Assembly (NCBI GenBank): GCA_046497275.1
Contig: JAWOFX010000061.1
Location: 60,001-92,000, forward strand
Reading direction: 5' to 3'
Origin: Promethearchaeia archaeon
GTDB lineage: Archaea > Asgardarchaeota > Lokiarchaeia > Sigyniarchaeales > SOKP01
DNA length: 32,000 nt
This document shows positions 16,149-25,968 of the stretch, one piece after another (positions within the stretch are counted from its first letter, which is position 1; each line of letters starts with the position of its first letter). Below the pieces are notes generated by a model. The model ran no database searches and was not told the DNA's origin. It saw only the letters and a program-made list of their open reading frames with translations. Position numbers and translations under genes: made by a program.

Positions 16149-17915
16149 TTAATGAGTAAAATAACATAGTAAACTATTTCCTTCAAATTTTATAGGATTC
16201 ACGAATCCATATCTCTCAAATTGAATAGTTTTTCTCAGAGGAATGTCTTTTAAATTAATTTCTCCATAACCATTAGAATAAGTTCCATCAGGTTTTAATA
16301 TAGATACATCAATTTTTTGTTGTTCGGGAACCCATTGTATTATTGAATATTCTCTATTCAATTCTTTGCTGTGATAATCCGCTTGAATAAATTTATTGGG
16401 CTTATCAATAATTTTGATTTCTATATTCATCAAATCCTTTAATCTTATAATATCATCTACAGAAAGATTCTTTACGTCTTCATTAGAAATGTAAATGATT
16501 ATTTTACCCTCGTTAATTTCACAATGAATTTCTCTTATTCCCTTTTCTGGTTTTGTGGGTAAAAGAAGAGGTTTAGCCGTAATCTTATCAAGAGGAATAT
16601 TTATTATCTCAATTTTTATAGGATCTTCCACAAAGAAATATCTATTAGAGATATGATCAATTAATTCCTGATTCTTTGAGTAAAGCCAATTCACCGAAAA
16701 AGTGATTCCGGACAGAGACATACCTAAATCTAATAAAGTTTTTCGAACAGCTTGTGGTTGAAAGCCTCTTTTTTTTAAGGATTGAAGACTCCATGTTCTA
16801 GGATCATCCCAGCCCTCATATTCACCAAGTTCAATTTTATTTCGCGCATCTGTCTTACTTAATTTCATATCTGGAAAATTAATACGACCATAATGAAGAA
16901 ATTGAGCTTTTTGCCATTCAAAATGATCCCAAATGAACTCTTCTATATAATCTTCTTTTATGAGATCAGATCCTCGTAAAATATGCGAAACTCCTATTAA
17001 ATGATCATCTACCGCCCATGAGAATTCCAACATTGGCCATATTAAGTATTTTGTTCCTACTCTGGGATGGCTTGCTTCCGATATTCTCATAATGATTTGA
17101 TCTCTAAGGGCGGGATCTTTATGATTCATGCCTGTTTTTAACCTTATAACAGCATCTCTTTCTTTATAGTCCCCTTTTAACATTTTCTGCCATTCTTGGA
17201 TATTTTTCTCAACCGAGTGATTCCTATGTGGACAATCACGCTTTTGTTTTTTGAATTTTTCTCTAAATTCAGCAGCAGAACAAAAACACACATAAGCAAA
17301 ATTATCTTTTATCAATTTTGAACAATAGTCATAGTATATCTCTAGTCTATCACTTTTATAGTAAATTTTAGAGTATTTCACATCCAACCATTCCAATCCT
17401 TCTTTAATTAAATCATATGCTTCAGGCAACACATATTTTGCTTTCTCGGGTTGAGTTTCTCGTAATGATTTTGGACTACCGATGGTATCATCAAAGAATA
17501 AGATAAGTTCTCCATCATTTTTCTTAACATATTCATCATTTAAAATCACCATGCGAGCATTGCCTAAATGTAAAGCTCCACTTGGATATGGTGCCATTCT
17601 CATAATTATGTTATCATATTTTTCTTTATTCGGAAGTTTAGGCAATTCCTTTTCCTCCTCTTCTTGATCTTCTTCTTTTAAAGCGTTGGGATCCATTTCC
17701 AAAAGTTTAGCTTTTTGTTCCTCTATGGTCAGTTCTTTAATCTTCTCTATTATATCATCTATTGTAGGCAAAACCTCTTGCGCATGAGGTCTAAGATCCT
17801 TTCTTTGGGCCATCAACTTTCCCATTATTGCTTTTTTATTAGGGATGCCTTCAAACTCAACAGAATTTTTTAATCCACTTTCCCATATGATTTTTTCAAC
17901 TTCTTCCTTATCCAT
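16149..17915 (-). CDS. gltX: Glutamate--tRNA ligase (archaeal type)
   Basis: RMAPYPSGALHLGN (HIGH), KLSKT (KMSK), archaeal N-terminal extension and C-terminal QFERYGF. Likely start is ATG 17915 (the track uses GTG 17924). Confidence 0.97.
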   Translation of the reverse strand: MDKEEVEKIIWESGLKNSVEFEGIPNKKAIMGKLMAQRKDLRPHAQEVLPTIDDIIEKIKELTIEEQKAKLLEMDPNALKEEDQEEEEKELPKLPNKEKYDNIIMRMAPYPSGALHLGNARMVILNDEYVKKNDGELILFFDDTIGSPKSLRETQPEKAKYVLPEAYDLIKEGLEWLDVKYSKIYYKSDRLEIYYDYCSKLIKDNFAYVCFCSAAEFREKFKKQKRDCPHRNHSVEKNIQEWQKMLKGDYKERDAVIRLKTGMNHKDPALRDQIIMRISEASHPRVGTKYLIWPMLEFSWAVDDHLIGVSHILRGSDLIKEDYIEEFIWDHFEWQKAQFLHYGRINFPDMKLSKTDARNKIELGEYEGWDDPRTWSLQSLKKRGFQPQAVRKTLLDLGMSLSGITFSVNWLYSKNQELIDHISNRYFFVEDPIKIEIINIPLDKITAKPLLLPTKPEKGIREIHCEINEGKIIIYISNEDVKNLSVDDIIRLKDLMNIEIKIIDKPNKFIQADYHSKELNREYSIIQWVPEQQKIDVSILKPDGTYSNGYGEINLKDIPLRKTIQFERYGFVNPIKFEGNSLLCYFTH

Positions 17916-18092
17916 TAATAACACAAATCTTTTTTTTATTTAAATTATAAATATTAAAAACGAGGTTAACATGAAATAATAATGTAGAGTCTCAAAAAAA
18001 TTAGATGTTTAGTAAGAATTTTAAATAAAATCAAACTAAGAAATATAAACACTTAAAACAATTTTAATTATTAACGATTGAGTTGATGTAAA

Positions 18093-18380
18093 ATGGGTTA
18101 TTATCGTGGATATATATTAATTCGTTTAAAAATGGTAGGAAAAGAATGGGATGTCGCAAATAAGTTAAAAGGGCTCAGCTCTAAAGAAGAGGGCGAGGAT
18201 TGGAGAATTACTTATTCCACTCCTATATATGGCGGATGGGATGTTATAGTTGAATGTTCCTTTTCTGATTTGAATGAATTGGACAAAATCGTGACATATT
18301 GCCGCACGGATCCTGAATTAAGCGCTGCAATAGAAGAGACTACTACTTTAATGGGAACTAAAGACGATTATGATTTTTAA
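18093..18380 (+). CDS. Stand-alone Lrp/AsnC ligand-binding (RAM) domain protein
   Basis: 95 aa, YILIRL...GKEWDVANKL...IYGGWDVIVEC...TTTLM pattern; no HTH. Confidence 0.75.
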   Translation: MGYYRGYILIRLKMVGKEWDVANKLKGLSSKEEGEDWRITYSTPIYGGWDVIVECSFSDLNELDKIVTYCRTDPELSAAIEETTTLMGTKDDYDF

Positions 18381-18479
18381 ATATTAAATTTTATTCTATT
18401 AGACTTTTCTTTTTGTTTTTCCTTTAGAATAATTAAAATGATTGATCAGATATAGTTTCAAATAAGAAGGTAAAAGAAT

Positions 18480-19088
18480 ATGAATAAAAATTTATTTGAT
18501 GCTTTAAGATCCGTGTTCTTTGACCTAAATGATAATGATTTAATTGAAAATATTTCAAGTATTTTAGCCTATGTCTTAGAGAATAATAAAATTACTACAA
18601 GAATAATTCTGAATCTTTCAGACAAGAATTATGAAGACGTTTTATTTATACTTTTTGAGAAAAGACTTTTAATTCCAGAAAATTCTTACAGGGGACTTGA
18701 GTGGCAAGAGTGTAGATTTTCGCTTGACATGGATCAAACATACAGAATGCCGATAATAATAAAGAATTTAGTTAAATTTTCGATGAAATCAGGAATTTGG
18801 AATTTAGAAGAAGCTATATTACATACTTTCATAAAGATTGGTGATAAAAATTATAAGAAGATGCCAATCTTAGTTCATAAATTATATGAAAAATCAAAGA
18901 ATTACAGAATTAAAGGTAAGAGGATAAGAGAAATTTGTATGGATTTAGGATTAGAAGAGAGAACAAGCGCTCTTATTTCTGAACTAAAAGGTGTCGGTAT
19001 AATGAGTCCTGAATTAAGCAGGTCTCTATTTTCATCTTTAAAAGAAAAAACTCCTATCTATGAATTAAATCCTTCTCTTTATCAGTAA
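18480..19088 (+). CDS. Hypothetical protein, possible winged-helix C-terminal domain
   Basis: IREICMDLGL...ALISELKGVGIMSP...IYELNPSL resembles a wHTH; family not recognised. Confidence 0.6.
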   Translation: MNKNLFDALRSVFFDLNDNDLIENISSILAYVLENNKITTRIILNLSDKNYEDVLFILFEKRLLIPENSYRGLEWQECRFSLDMDQTYRMPIIIKNLVKFSMKSGIWNLEEAILHTFIKIGDKNYKKMPILVHKLYEKSKNYRIKGKRIREICMDLGLEERTSALISELKGVGIMSPELSRSLFSSLKEKTPIYELNPSLYQ

Positions 19089-19172
19089 ATTGTATGAAAT
19101 TGACTAAAAAAGAATTTAATATAGAGAAATGATAATTCAAATCAATGATCAAAGTATTTTTCCAATAAAATT

Positions 19173-20276
19173 ATGAAGGAATTATCAAAAAAAGTATATT
19201 ACAACAAAGTTTATGGCTCTTGGTTAGGACGCATTTCAGGAGACTTTGTGGGTGCCCCTATTGAGTTTTTGCCAATTATACTAAGAAAACTCATTTACGG
19301 AGAGATTCATTACTATCCAAGAACTGTAGATATTAATTATGTAAATGATGATGAGATGTATGAAATTTGCGCTCTTGTTGCTTTACAGAAGAATGGCATA
19401 AGAATATCATCTCAAGATATCGCCCAAGAATGGGTAAATCTCCTTTATACTCAAAACTTTACAGCTGAAAAGAAAGCTTTGAATAATTTGAAAGGAGGAA
19501 TATTGCCACCAGAATCAGGAAGACGAAATAACATATATTATGACGCCATTGGAGCTCAGATGAGGGCAGATATTTGGGGTCAAATCTCTCCAGGTCTTCC
19601 AGAATTAGCAAAACAATATGCTCAAATTGATGGGAGAATTTCTCATGCTGGTATAGGGGTTGAAGGCGAGATTTTCATAGCAGTATTGATTTCCCAAGCG
19701 TTTTTTAAACCAGATATTTGCAGGAATATAATAAGTGCTCTCGAATATCTTCCTTCCACCCGTGAAAGTTTATATACTCAAATGGTTGAAAATGCCATCA
19801 GATTATATGAGCAATATCCAAATGATTATAAAATAGCACGGCAAGAACTCATCCAATATTGGCATTATATAAGAAGAAATGTGTTGTTAGAAGAGGAAAA
19901 CCTATTTAATGAAAGAAGTATAAAATATCTTAATAGATTTATCTCAGGAGTCCATGTACTCCCTAATGCTGGGATTATCACTTTAGCACTTTTATATGGT
20001 TCAATGAGTGGAGACCCTCTTGGTAAATCCATCTGTATTGCTGCTTCGATGGGGTTAGATACAGATTGCAACTGCGGAAATATAGGAGCTATTTTAGGAG
20101 CCCAAATTGGTGCAACTAATATTCCAATGAAATGGAAAGCCCCTCTACGTAATACATTTTCAACTTATGTGAAAGGACATGAAAGATGGAAAATTACAGA
20201 GCTAGCAAAGCAGATTTATAAAGTTGGGTTATCTGTTATTAAAGAAAAAGGAGAGGAGATAATAAGGATTATTTAA
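19173..20276 (+). CDS. ADP-ribosylglycohydrolase (ARH/DraG) family protein
   Basis: GSWLGRISGDFVGAPIE, NDDEMYE, DGRISH, GLDTDCNCGNIGAILG Mg-binding motifs. Confidence 0.9.
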   Translation: MKELSKKVYYNKVYGSWLGRISGDFVGAPIEFLPIILRKLIYGEIHYYPRTVDINYVNDDEMYEICALVALQKNGIRISSQDIAQEWVNLLYTQNFTAEKKALNNLKGGILPPESGRRNNIYYDAIGAQMRADIWGQISPGLPELAKQYAQIDGRISHAGIGVEGEIFIAVLISQAFFKPDICRNIISALEYLPSTRESLYTQMVENAIRLYEQYPNDYKIARQELIQYWHYIRRNVLLEEENLFNERSIKYLNRFISGVHVLPNAGIITLALLYGSMSGDPLGKSICIAASMGLDTDCNCGNIGAILGAQIGATNIPMKWKAPLRNTFSTYVKGHERWKITELAKQIYKVGLSVIKEKGEEIIRII

Positions 20277-20306
20277 TAGAATTAATCTTGAACTAATTTC
20301 CATAAT

Positions 20307-20975
20307 TTAAAAATAAGCTAGTTCTAAAAGGTTTTTAATAACATCTTCAAAAATAACTAACCCCATTCCTTTATATCCTTGAACTGAAAAATGTAATCCA
20401 TCAGAATAAGCATATTCTGGTTTTAGATTTCCTTGAGCATCTGCCATCCCATTAAATAAATCAGCATAAGGAATTTCCTCTCTTTTAAAATATGCCTTTA
20501 ATTTTAGATTTAATCGAAATTTTCGCTCATGATAATTTCCACTTGTTAATTCTTGGCGAATTGGTGGGATAGTAGCCCCGATTGACTTAATGTTTTTATT
20601 CTTGGATTGAATATGCAAAGATTTAATATTCTCAAAAATCTTTTCATTTGATATTCCCCATCCCAAATCATTGGTCCCTCCAATAATTATTGAATAATCT
20701 GGTTTTGGGGAATAATTCAATAAATCTATTTCTATTCGGTTTAAAAGATTTCTTGTCAATTCACCTGGAATTCCCTTGTTAATAAACTTAAGTTCCCCCA
20801 TGATGAAATCATCAATCTTGCCGAGATTCTTCTCGAGAAATTCGATACAATAATTATATAACCAGTATTCATATTGGAATTTTTCATCCCCATAACCATT
20901 AGAGATCCCATTTATAGAGGGAGAATATCCCGGATATCCCGATGTGAGTGAATTACCAAAACATAGAAAGATCAT
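20307..20975 (-). CDS. SGNH/GDSL hydrolase family protein
   Basis: Block I FGNSLT (GNS variant of GDS), block II GIPGE, block III GGTND, block V DGLH. Confidence 0.9.
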   Translation of the reverse strand: MIFLCFGNSLTSGYPGYSPSINGISNGYGDEKFQYEYWLYNYCIEFLEKNLGKIDDFIMGELKFINKGIPGELTRNLLNRIEIDLLNYSPKPDYSIIIGGTNDLGWGISNEKIFENIKSLHIQSKNKNIKSIGATIPPIRQELTSGNYHERKFRLNLKLKAYFKREEIPYADLFNGMADAQGNLKPEYAYSDGLHFSVQGYKGMGLVIFEDVIKNLLELAYF

Positions 20976-20992
20976 GTTAAAATAATTTTTTC

Positions 20993-21655
20993 CTATTTAT
21001 TTTTAATTAAATTAAGAATCTTTTTTGAGTTCAGCTTTTTTAGATCAGATAAAACCAAATCAGCTTTGGTTAATTCTTCCTTTGGGTGGGTGCTCGTGAG
21101 AGCGATTACTTTCATATTTGCTCTCTTCGCAGCTTCTATTCCTACCGGCGCGTCTTCAATCACAAGACAATTTTCGGAATCTAAATTCAAATTCTCGACA
21201 GCTTTAAGAAATACATCGGGAGCGGGTTTACTTTCGGTCACATTAGCAGCGGTCAATATTGTATCAAAATAATGCTTAATACCCAAGCTCTTCAATAGTA
21301 ATTCAACATTTTCAGGTGGTCCGCTGGAACCAACAGCGAGTTTGAATCCTTTTTCTTTTAATTCGTTTAATAGACTCATTACTCCGGGTAATGGTTCTAA
21401 TTTTTCTTTTACAATTTTTCTATAATATTTTTCTTTCAAATCTGCCCATTCCTTTATCTTTGTTTCGCTGAGTCCTTCTCCCACTAATTTTCTCGTGATG
21501 GGTACGCTCTGTTGACCGAATGTATTTTCAAAAAATTCTCGGTCAAATTCAGCCCCAATTTTATTAGCTAGCATCTTCCAACTCTCGTAATGCGCTTCGG
21601 CTGTATCGGAAAGTACACCATCCATATCAAAAATAACTAGTAAATTTTCAAACAT
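20993..21655 (-). CDS. HAD-superfamily phosphatase (beta-phosphoglucomutase-like)
   Basis: FDMDGVL, AVGSS, KPAPDVF, VIEDAPVGIEAAKRANM. Confidence 0.92.
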   Translation of the reverse strand: MFENLLVIFDMDGVLSDTAEAHYESWKMLANKIGAEFDREFFENTFGQQSVPITRKLVGEGLSETKIKEWADLKEKYYRKIVKEKLEPLPGVMSLLNELKEKGFKLAVGSSGPPENVELLLKSLGIKHYFDTILTAANVTESKPAPDVFLKAVENLNLDSENCLVIEDAPVGIEAAKRANMKVIALTSTHPKEELTKADLVLSDLKKLNSKKILNLIKNK

Positions 21656-21737
21656 AATCTTAACAAATATCTTTAATTATGTATTTATTATTGATGAGAA
21701 AAATATTTTAAGCATTTGTAAATACTTTTATAAATAT

Positions 21738-21841
21738 GACCCTGTAGTCTAGTGGATAGGGCGCTGGCTTGCGGTGGTACTTAATTTCTATGTGCTGTAA
21801 AAAGCCAGAAGTCGAGGGTTCAAATCCCCCCAGGGTCGCCA
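21738..21841 (+). tRNA. tRNA-Arg(GCG) with a 28-nt intron at 37/38 (21775..21802) and encoded CCA
   Basis: Acceptor GACCCTG/CAGGGTC, anticodon stem CTGGC/GCCAG, anticodon GCG at 21771..21773; BHB made of TTGC/GTAA central helix, GGT and AAA bulges, GGTAC/GTGCT outer helix. Confidence 0.95.
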
Positions 21842-21850
21842 TTCATATTC

Positions 21851-22606
21851 TTATATATATTGAAGAATTTCTGAAATCTCATCAATCTTTTCAAAATCAT
21901 CAATCGGAATCTCTTTTTCGAAGGGAAATTCAACTTTTCTCTGGAAAAAGATCTTTTGCAATCCTGCACGATGAGCCCCCATGATATCAGCATATTCATC
22001 ACCACACACTAAAATATGCGCGGCATCATTCTCATTGAATCCCATCTCCTTTAGCGTATATATGAAAATTTCTGGATTCGGTTTTCGTTTCCCATAATCC
22101 GCGGATGTAATAACAACTTCAAAATATTTGGATAAATTATGTTTATTTATTAAAGCCTCAATGGTTTGATGATGTGGATGATTTGAAAGTAATGCTAATT
22201 TAATATTCAATTTTTTTAGTTGTTTCAGTGTTTTTTCGGTATTTTTGAATGGAAACCATTCATCTTCTTCACAAGAGTGATAAAGTGTAGCTAATTCCTC
22301 GCTTACCTCATTATCTACCTTTTTATTCATTATATTAAAAATTTCCTTAATAATCTCTGTAGTGGGGAATTCTTGAGTTGTTTTTCTGCTTAATTTTAAT
22401 GATTCCATTCGTTTTTTATTAAAAATTTTTTTAAATTGCCGTTTCTCAGAAGAATTCTTTAAAAGTTTCATATCATATAATTTTTGGATGCATTTCTGGA
22501 GCCCTTGCTTATAGCAATTCATATATTTTTCCACAGTTGCATCTTTAAAATAATAAAGTGTAAAGCCAAAATCGAAGATAATTGCTTTGATTCCTTTGAA
22601 TTGCAT
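21851..22606 (-). CDS. HAD-superfamily hydrolase (DxGxT variant)
   Basis: IIFDFGFTL, LLSN, KRKPNPEIF, CGDEYADIMGAHRAG. Confidence 0.9.
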   Translation of the reverse strand: MQFKGIKAIIFDFGFTLYYFKDATVEKYMNCYKQGLQKCIQKLYDMKLLKNSSEKRQFKKIFNKKRMESLKLSRKTTQEFPTTEIIKEIFNIMNKKVDNEVSEELATLYHSCEEDEWFPFKNTEKTLKQLKKLNIKLALLSNHPHHQTIEALINKHNLSKYFEVVITSADYGKRKPNPEIFIYTLKEMGFNENDAAHILVCGDEYADIMGAHRAGLQKIFFQRKVEFPFEKEIPIDDFEKIDEISEILQYI

Positions 22607-22792
22607 TCTAATTTAATTATGTAATTTCATAATTTTAATTTAACTCTAAAGAATTAAAATAAGTGTTTAAAGACTAGACTGCTCAAAAAAAAATAAGTAT
22701 TTAACTGAATTTTATCTTAATAGTATTCATTAAATAATTAGAAGTATAAAGAATAATTGAATATTAATTACCTAAATTATTTTAATTTAAAA

Positions 22793-23257
22793 ATGGTAGA
22801 AATCAAATCAGAGCTGTTAGCTCCTTGTGGACTCTATTGCGGAGTCTGTTCTATTTATATCGCGCATCGTGATAATAATCAAAAGTTTAAGGATGCATTA
22901 ACAAAAGTTTACAAACCATTTGTAAAAGGGATTGAAGATATTAAATGTACTGGGTGTTTATCTGATGGAGTAGTTTTTCCAGTATGTAGAAGTTGTCCTA
23001 TTAAAAAATGTACACAAGAAAAGAATATTAATGGTTGCTATGAATGTGATGAGTTTCCTTGTAAATATATTGAAAATTTTCCAATAAAAGTGGGTAAAAA
23101 AGTTATTATGAGAGCAATTCCAACTTGGAGAGAACTAGGCACTGAGAAGTTTGTTGAACTTGAAGAAAAAAGGTATCATTGCCCAGAATGTGGTAGCACT
23201 TTATTTCGAGGAGCAAAACGTTGTAATAAATGTGGAATAAGCGTTGACGTCGATTAA
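22793..23257 (+). CDS. DUF3795-like cysteine-rich protein with C-terminal zinc ribbon
   Basis: APCGLYCGVC, CTGC, CRSCPIKKC, CYECDEFPC, CPECG/CNKCG. Likely start is ATG 22793 (the track starts at 22757). Confidence 0.85.
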   Translation: MVEIKSELLAPCGLYCGVCSIYIAHRDNNQKFKDALTKVYKPFVKGIEDIKCTGCLSDGVVFPVCRSCPIKKCTQEKNINGCYECDEFPCKYIENFPIKVGKKVIMRAIPTWRELGTEKFVELEEKRYHCPECGSTLFRGAKRCNKCGISVDVD

Positions 23258-23298
23258 TATAAAAAGAAAAATTAATTCATAAATAAATCTTAAGGATT

Positions 23299-23844
23299 AT
23301 GTCAATCGATAAGTGGCTTGAAGATGAAGAGTGGGTTGAAAAGAAAAGGAAAAAGGAGGAACAATATAAAAAATTAAGTGAAGAAGAAAAAAAGAGGTTA
23401 GAAGTTAAAAGTATTAAAAATTTAATTGGGAAAAATCAACAAGAAACTCAAAAAAACAAAGGGGAAATCAAAAACGAAAAGGATTATCTATTAGACAAAA
23501 TTATTGATTTTAAAAATTGGTTAGACAAGAGGACGTATCTTAAAGGAGATAGAATTGAGATTAAAATGTGGGTTTCAAATCTCTATAGGATACTTGAATC
23601 TAATACCCAAAATAACAAAACCCAGGAAAATCGGGAAACAAAAAAAGAATTAATTAAAAAATATAGAAGAATTCCCCCTAATTTATTAGATGAGAAAACA
23701 AGGGTCGCAATTAATAAAAAATTGTATAGAGATGAAATGACAAGTTCCGATAAATATTATCTGAGAAAACTAAAGAAAGAAATAGAAGAAAAGTTAAAAG
23801 AATTAAAATATTATGAAATTTTAGAAGATATCTTAGATTTTTAA
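23299..23844 (+). CDS. Hypothetical highly charged, helical protein
   Basis: 181-aa Lys/Glu-rich ORF with ATG start; no family recognised. Confidence 0.75.
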   Translation: MSIDKWLEDEEWVEKKRKKEEQYKKLSEEEKKRLEVKSIKNLIGKNQQETQKNKGEIKNEKDYLLDKIIDFKNWLDKRTYLKGDRIEIKMWVSNLYRILESNTQNNKTQENRETKKELIKKYRRIPPNLLDEKTRVAINKKLYRDEMTSSDKYYLRKLKKEIEEKLKELKYYEILEDILDF

Positions 23845-23877
23845 ATATCTAATTTACATATAATAAAAAAAATACTA

Positions 23878-24975
23878 ATGTCTCCCACTAAAATTATATT
23901 CCCTATAGCTGGAGTAGGGAAAAGATTGCAGCCATTTACTTTTTCGAAGCCCAAAGCATTCTTGAAGGTGGCTGGGAAACGATTGATCGATCATATTCTT
24001 ATAAAACTCAAAAAAACATTTCCGGAAGGAACAGAGATCCTATTTATTGTAGGATACAAAAAACGACAGATAACTGAGTATCTCTCCAATCATTATGCTG
24101 ATTATTTTACTCTACATTTCCGTGAACAAAAACCAATGGGATATATTGATGAAACCCCATATTTTTCTGGGTTAGGAGATGCTATCTTTTTGGCTAAAGA
24201 TTTTATTGAGAATAATGATATTTTCATTTGTTTGAGCGACCGATTACCAATGGAGGATTATAGCTCAATACTTCTCACATTTCATCAAGAAAATTGTGAA
24301 GGGGTCATTAATGTTAAAAAAGTTGATAATCCTCAATTCTATGGAATTACAGAAATAGATAATAAAGGTGTTATAACAAAAATCGTGGAAAAACCGAAGG
24401 AATATGTATCAGATTATGCTGTTTCAGGTGCATATTTATTTGGAAAAGAAATTGTAGGTAGATTATTCGAACTGTTAGAAGAGCAATATAAAACGGAATT
24501 AGAAAATGGAAAAGAGCATCAATTTACACCTATTATTCAAAAATTAATAGATGATGGATCTAAAATAAAAATAAACGAAATGAAAAATAAGATCCTAGAT
24601 TTTGGGAGACCCGAGAGCTTATTAGAAGGAAATCGATTTTTATTATCTGAACTAAAGCTTGACGACCCGCTATACGAAAATCTCTTTAAATTGGGAAATA
24701 TTGTAGATTGTAAAATTGTTCCTCCTGTCTATATCGGAGAGAATGTTATAATAAAAAATTCTGTTATAGGACCAAATGTCTCAATAGGTGACAATGTGAA
24801 AATAGAAAAATGTATTCTTTTTGAATCTGTGTTAGGAGATGGGGCGCATCTGAAGAAAATAATCTCTTCTGACAGCATTATCGGGGATTATTCCACTTTA
24901 GAAGATTTAATAAAAAAGAAGATCAATATTGGGGATAGCACATATATTACCACAACAAATCTTAAGTCTTTTTAG
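23878..24975 (+). CDS. Sugar-phosphate nucleotidyltransferase with C-terminal left-handed beta-helix
   Basis: PIAGVGKRLQPFTFSKPK, VEKP, AVSGAYLF, DFGRPESLL, hexapeptide repeats (VYIGENVII, VIGPNVSIG). Confidence 0.92.
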   Translation: MSPTKIIFPIAGVGKRLQPFTFSKPKAFLKVAGKRLIDHILIKLKKTFPEGTEILFIVGYKKRQITEYLSNHYADYFTLHFREQKPMGYIDETPYFSGLGDAIFLAKDFIENNDIFICLSDRLPMEDYSSILLTFHQENCEGVINVKKVDNPQFYGITEIDNKGVITKIVEKPKEYVSDYAVSGAYLFGKEIVGRLFELLEEQYKTELENGKEHQFTPIIQKLIDDGSKIKINEMKNKILDFGRPESLLEGNRFLLSELKLDDPLYENLFKLGNIVDCKIVPPVYIGENVIIKNSVIGPNVSIGDNVKIEKCILFESVLGDGAHLKKIISSDSIIGDYSTLEDLIKKKINIGDSTYITTTNLKSF

Positions 24976-25958
24976 AATTTTTTCAATTCTATTATAAATT
25001 TAGTGCCATTGTTAAAATCATTCTCATTATTATCTTCCACCCAAATCTTACCATCATAATTATCTATTATATGTTTTACTAAATATAGTCCAATACCCAT
25101 TCCATTTTTACTCTCAGTAATTACATCTTTGAATAGCTTTTCCTTAATCGCATTACTTATACCCGGACCATTATCCAAGAATACAATTCTAATGAAATTT
25201 AAATTAGAGTCTTGATCCTCCTCTATAAGAATTTTGATTTTAATTGGCACAGACTCATTATGTATTATAGCATTATTAAGAAGATTTTCAAATACATCCA
25301 ATAAAAATTCATTCGCTTCGACATAGATTCGTGTTTTAGGTGGGTCAAATATAAATTCTATATTTTTATTATTGTAGACCTTGAGAATATTTTTTTTTGC
25401 AGTTTCTAATAAACTTATTAGATCCATCTTTTTTAATTCAATTGCCTTATCTCGAACTTGCGAAAGCTTATATACATTATTAGCTAACTTTTCCCCCCTT
25501 TTTATTTGAGTTTCAATAACATCAATAAGTTCTAAGATTTTCTCCTCATTTGTTTCAGAATTCTCAAAATAAATTTCAAATAATTCTATTGCTGATTTTA
25601 TGTTTTGAAATATATTTTTTACATCGTGGGCGAATAAATTTTTATACAATTCTGTTTGGTGATATAACTTATTTAACTTTTCTTCTCTCTCCTTTAGATT
25701 TTTTTGATGTTTTTTTTGTATAAAGAGATGTAAGAAAAATAGCCAAAAGAGAGGGATTATTATTGCTAAATAGTCTTCATATTCAGAGAGTACAATGTTA
25801 ATATTCGCCCATTCTAAAACATTAATCAAATGATAAAAAACTAAGAGAGCTAAAATAATGGCTAAAACCATATTCTCTGCTTTATCAAAGTATGAATCTT
25901 GATAAATGATTAAAAAAAGTAAAGCAATAATGATTAAGAGTGCTGAAATGAAATCCAT
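24972..25958 (-). CDS. Membrane sensor histidine kinase (3 TM + HisKA + HATPase_c)
   Basis: H-box FAHDVKN, N-box VFENLLNNAI, G1 DNGPGI, G2 GMGIGL. Confidence 0.93.
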   Translation of the reverse strand: MDFISALLIIIALLFLIIYQDSYFDKAENMVLAIILALLVFYHLINVLEWANINIVLSEYEDYLAIIIPLFWLFFLHLFIQKKHQKNLKEREEKLNKLYHQTELYKNLFAHDVKNIFQNIKSAIELFEIYFENSETNEEKILELIDVIETQIKRGEKLANNVYKLSQVRDKAIELKKMDLISLLETAKKNILKVYNNKNIEFIFDPPKTRIYVEANEFLLDVFENLLNNAIIHNESVPIKIKILIEEDQDSNLNFIRIVFLDNGPGISNAIKEKLFKDVITESKNGMGIGLYLVKHIIDNYDGKIWVEDNNENDFNNGTKFIIELKKF

Positions 25959-25968
25959 TATACTAATC

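Noticed and set aside
20307-20975. GNS instead of GDS in SGNH block I as a sign of inactivation
   Set aside because: The Ser nucleophile and the Gly, Asn and Asp-x-x-His residues are all retained; most likely a tolerated variant.
21769-22005. Short ORFs 21769..21984 (+) and 21820..22005 (-)
   Set aside because: They overlap tRNA-Arg and the HAD gene and have no protein-like features.
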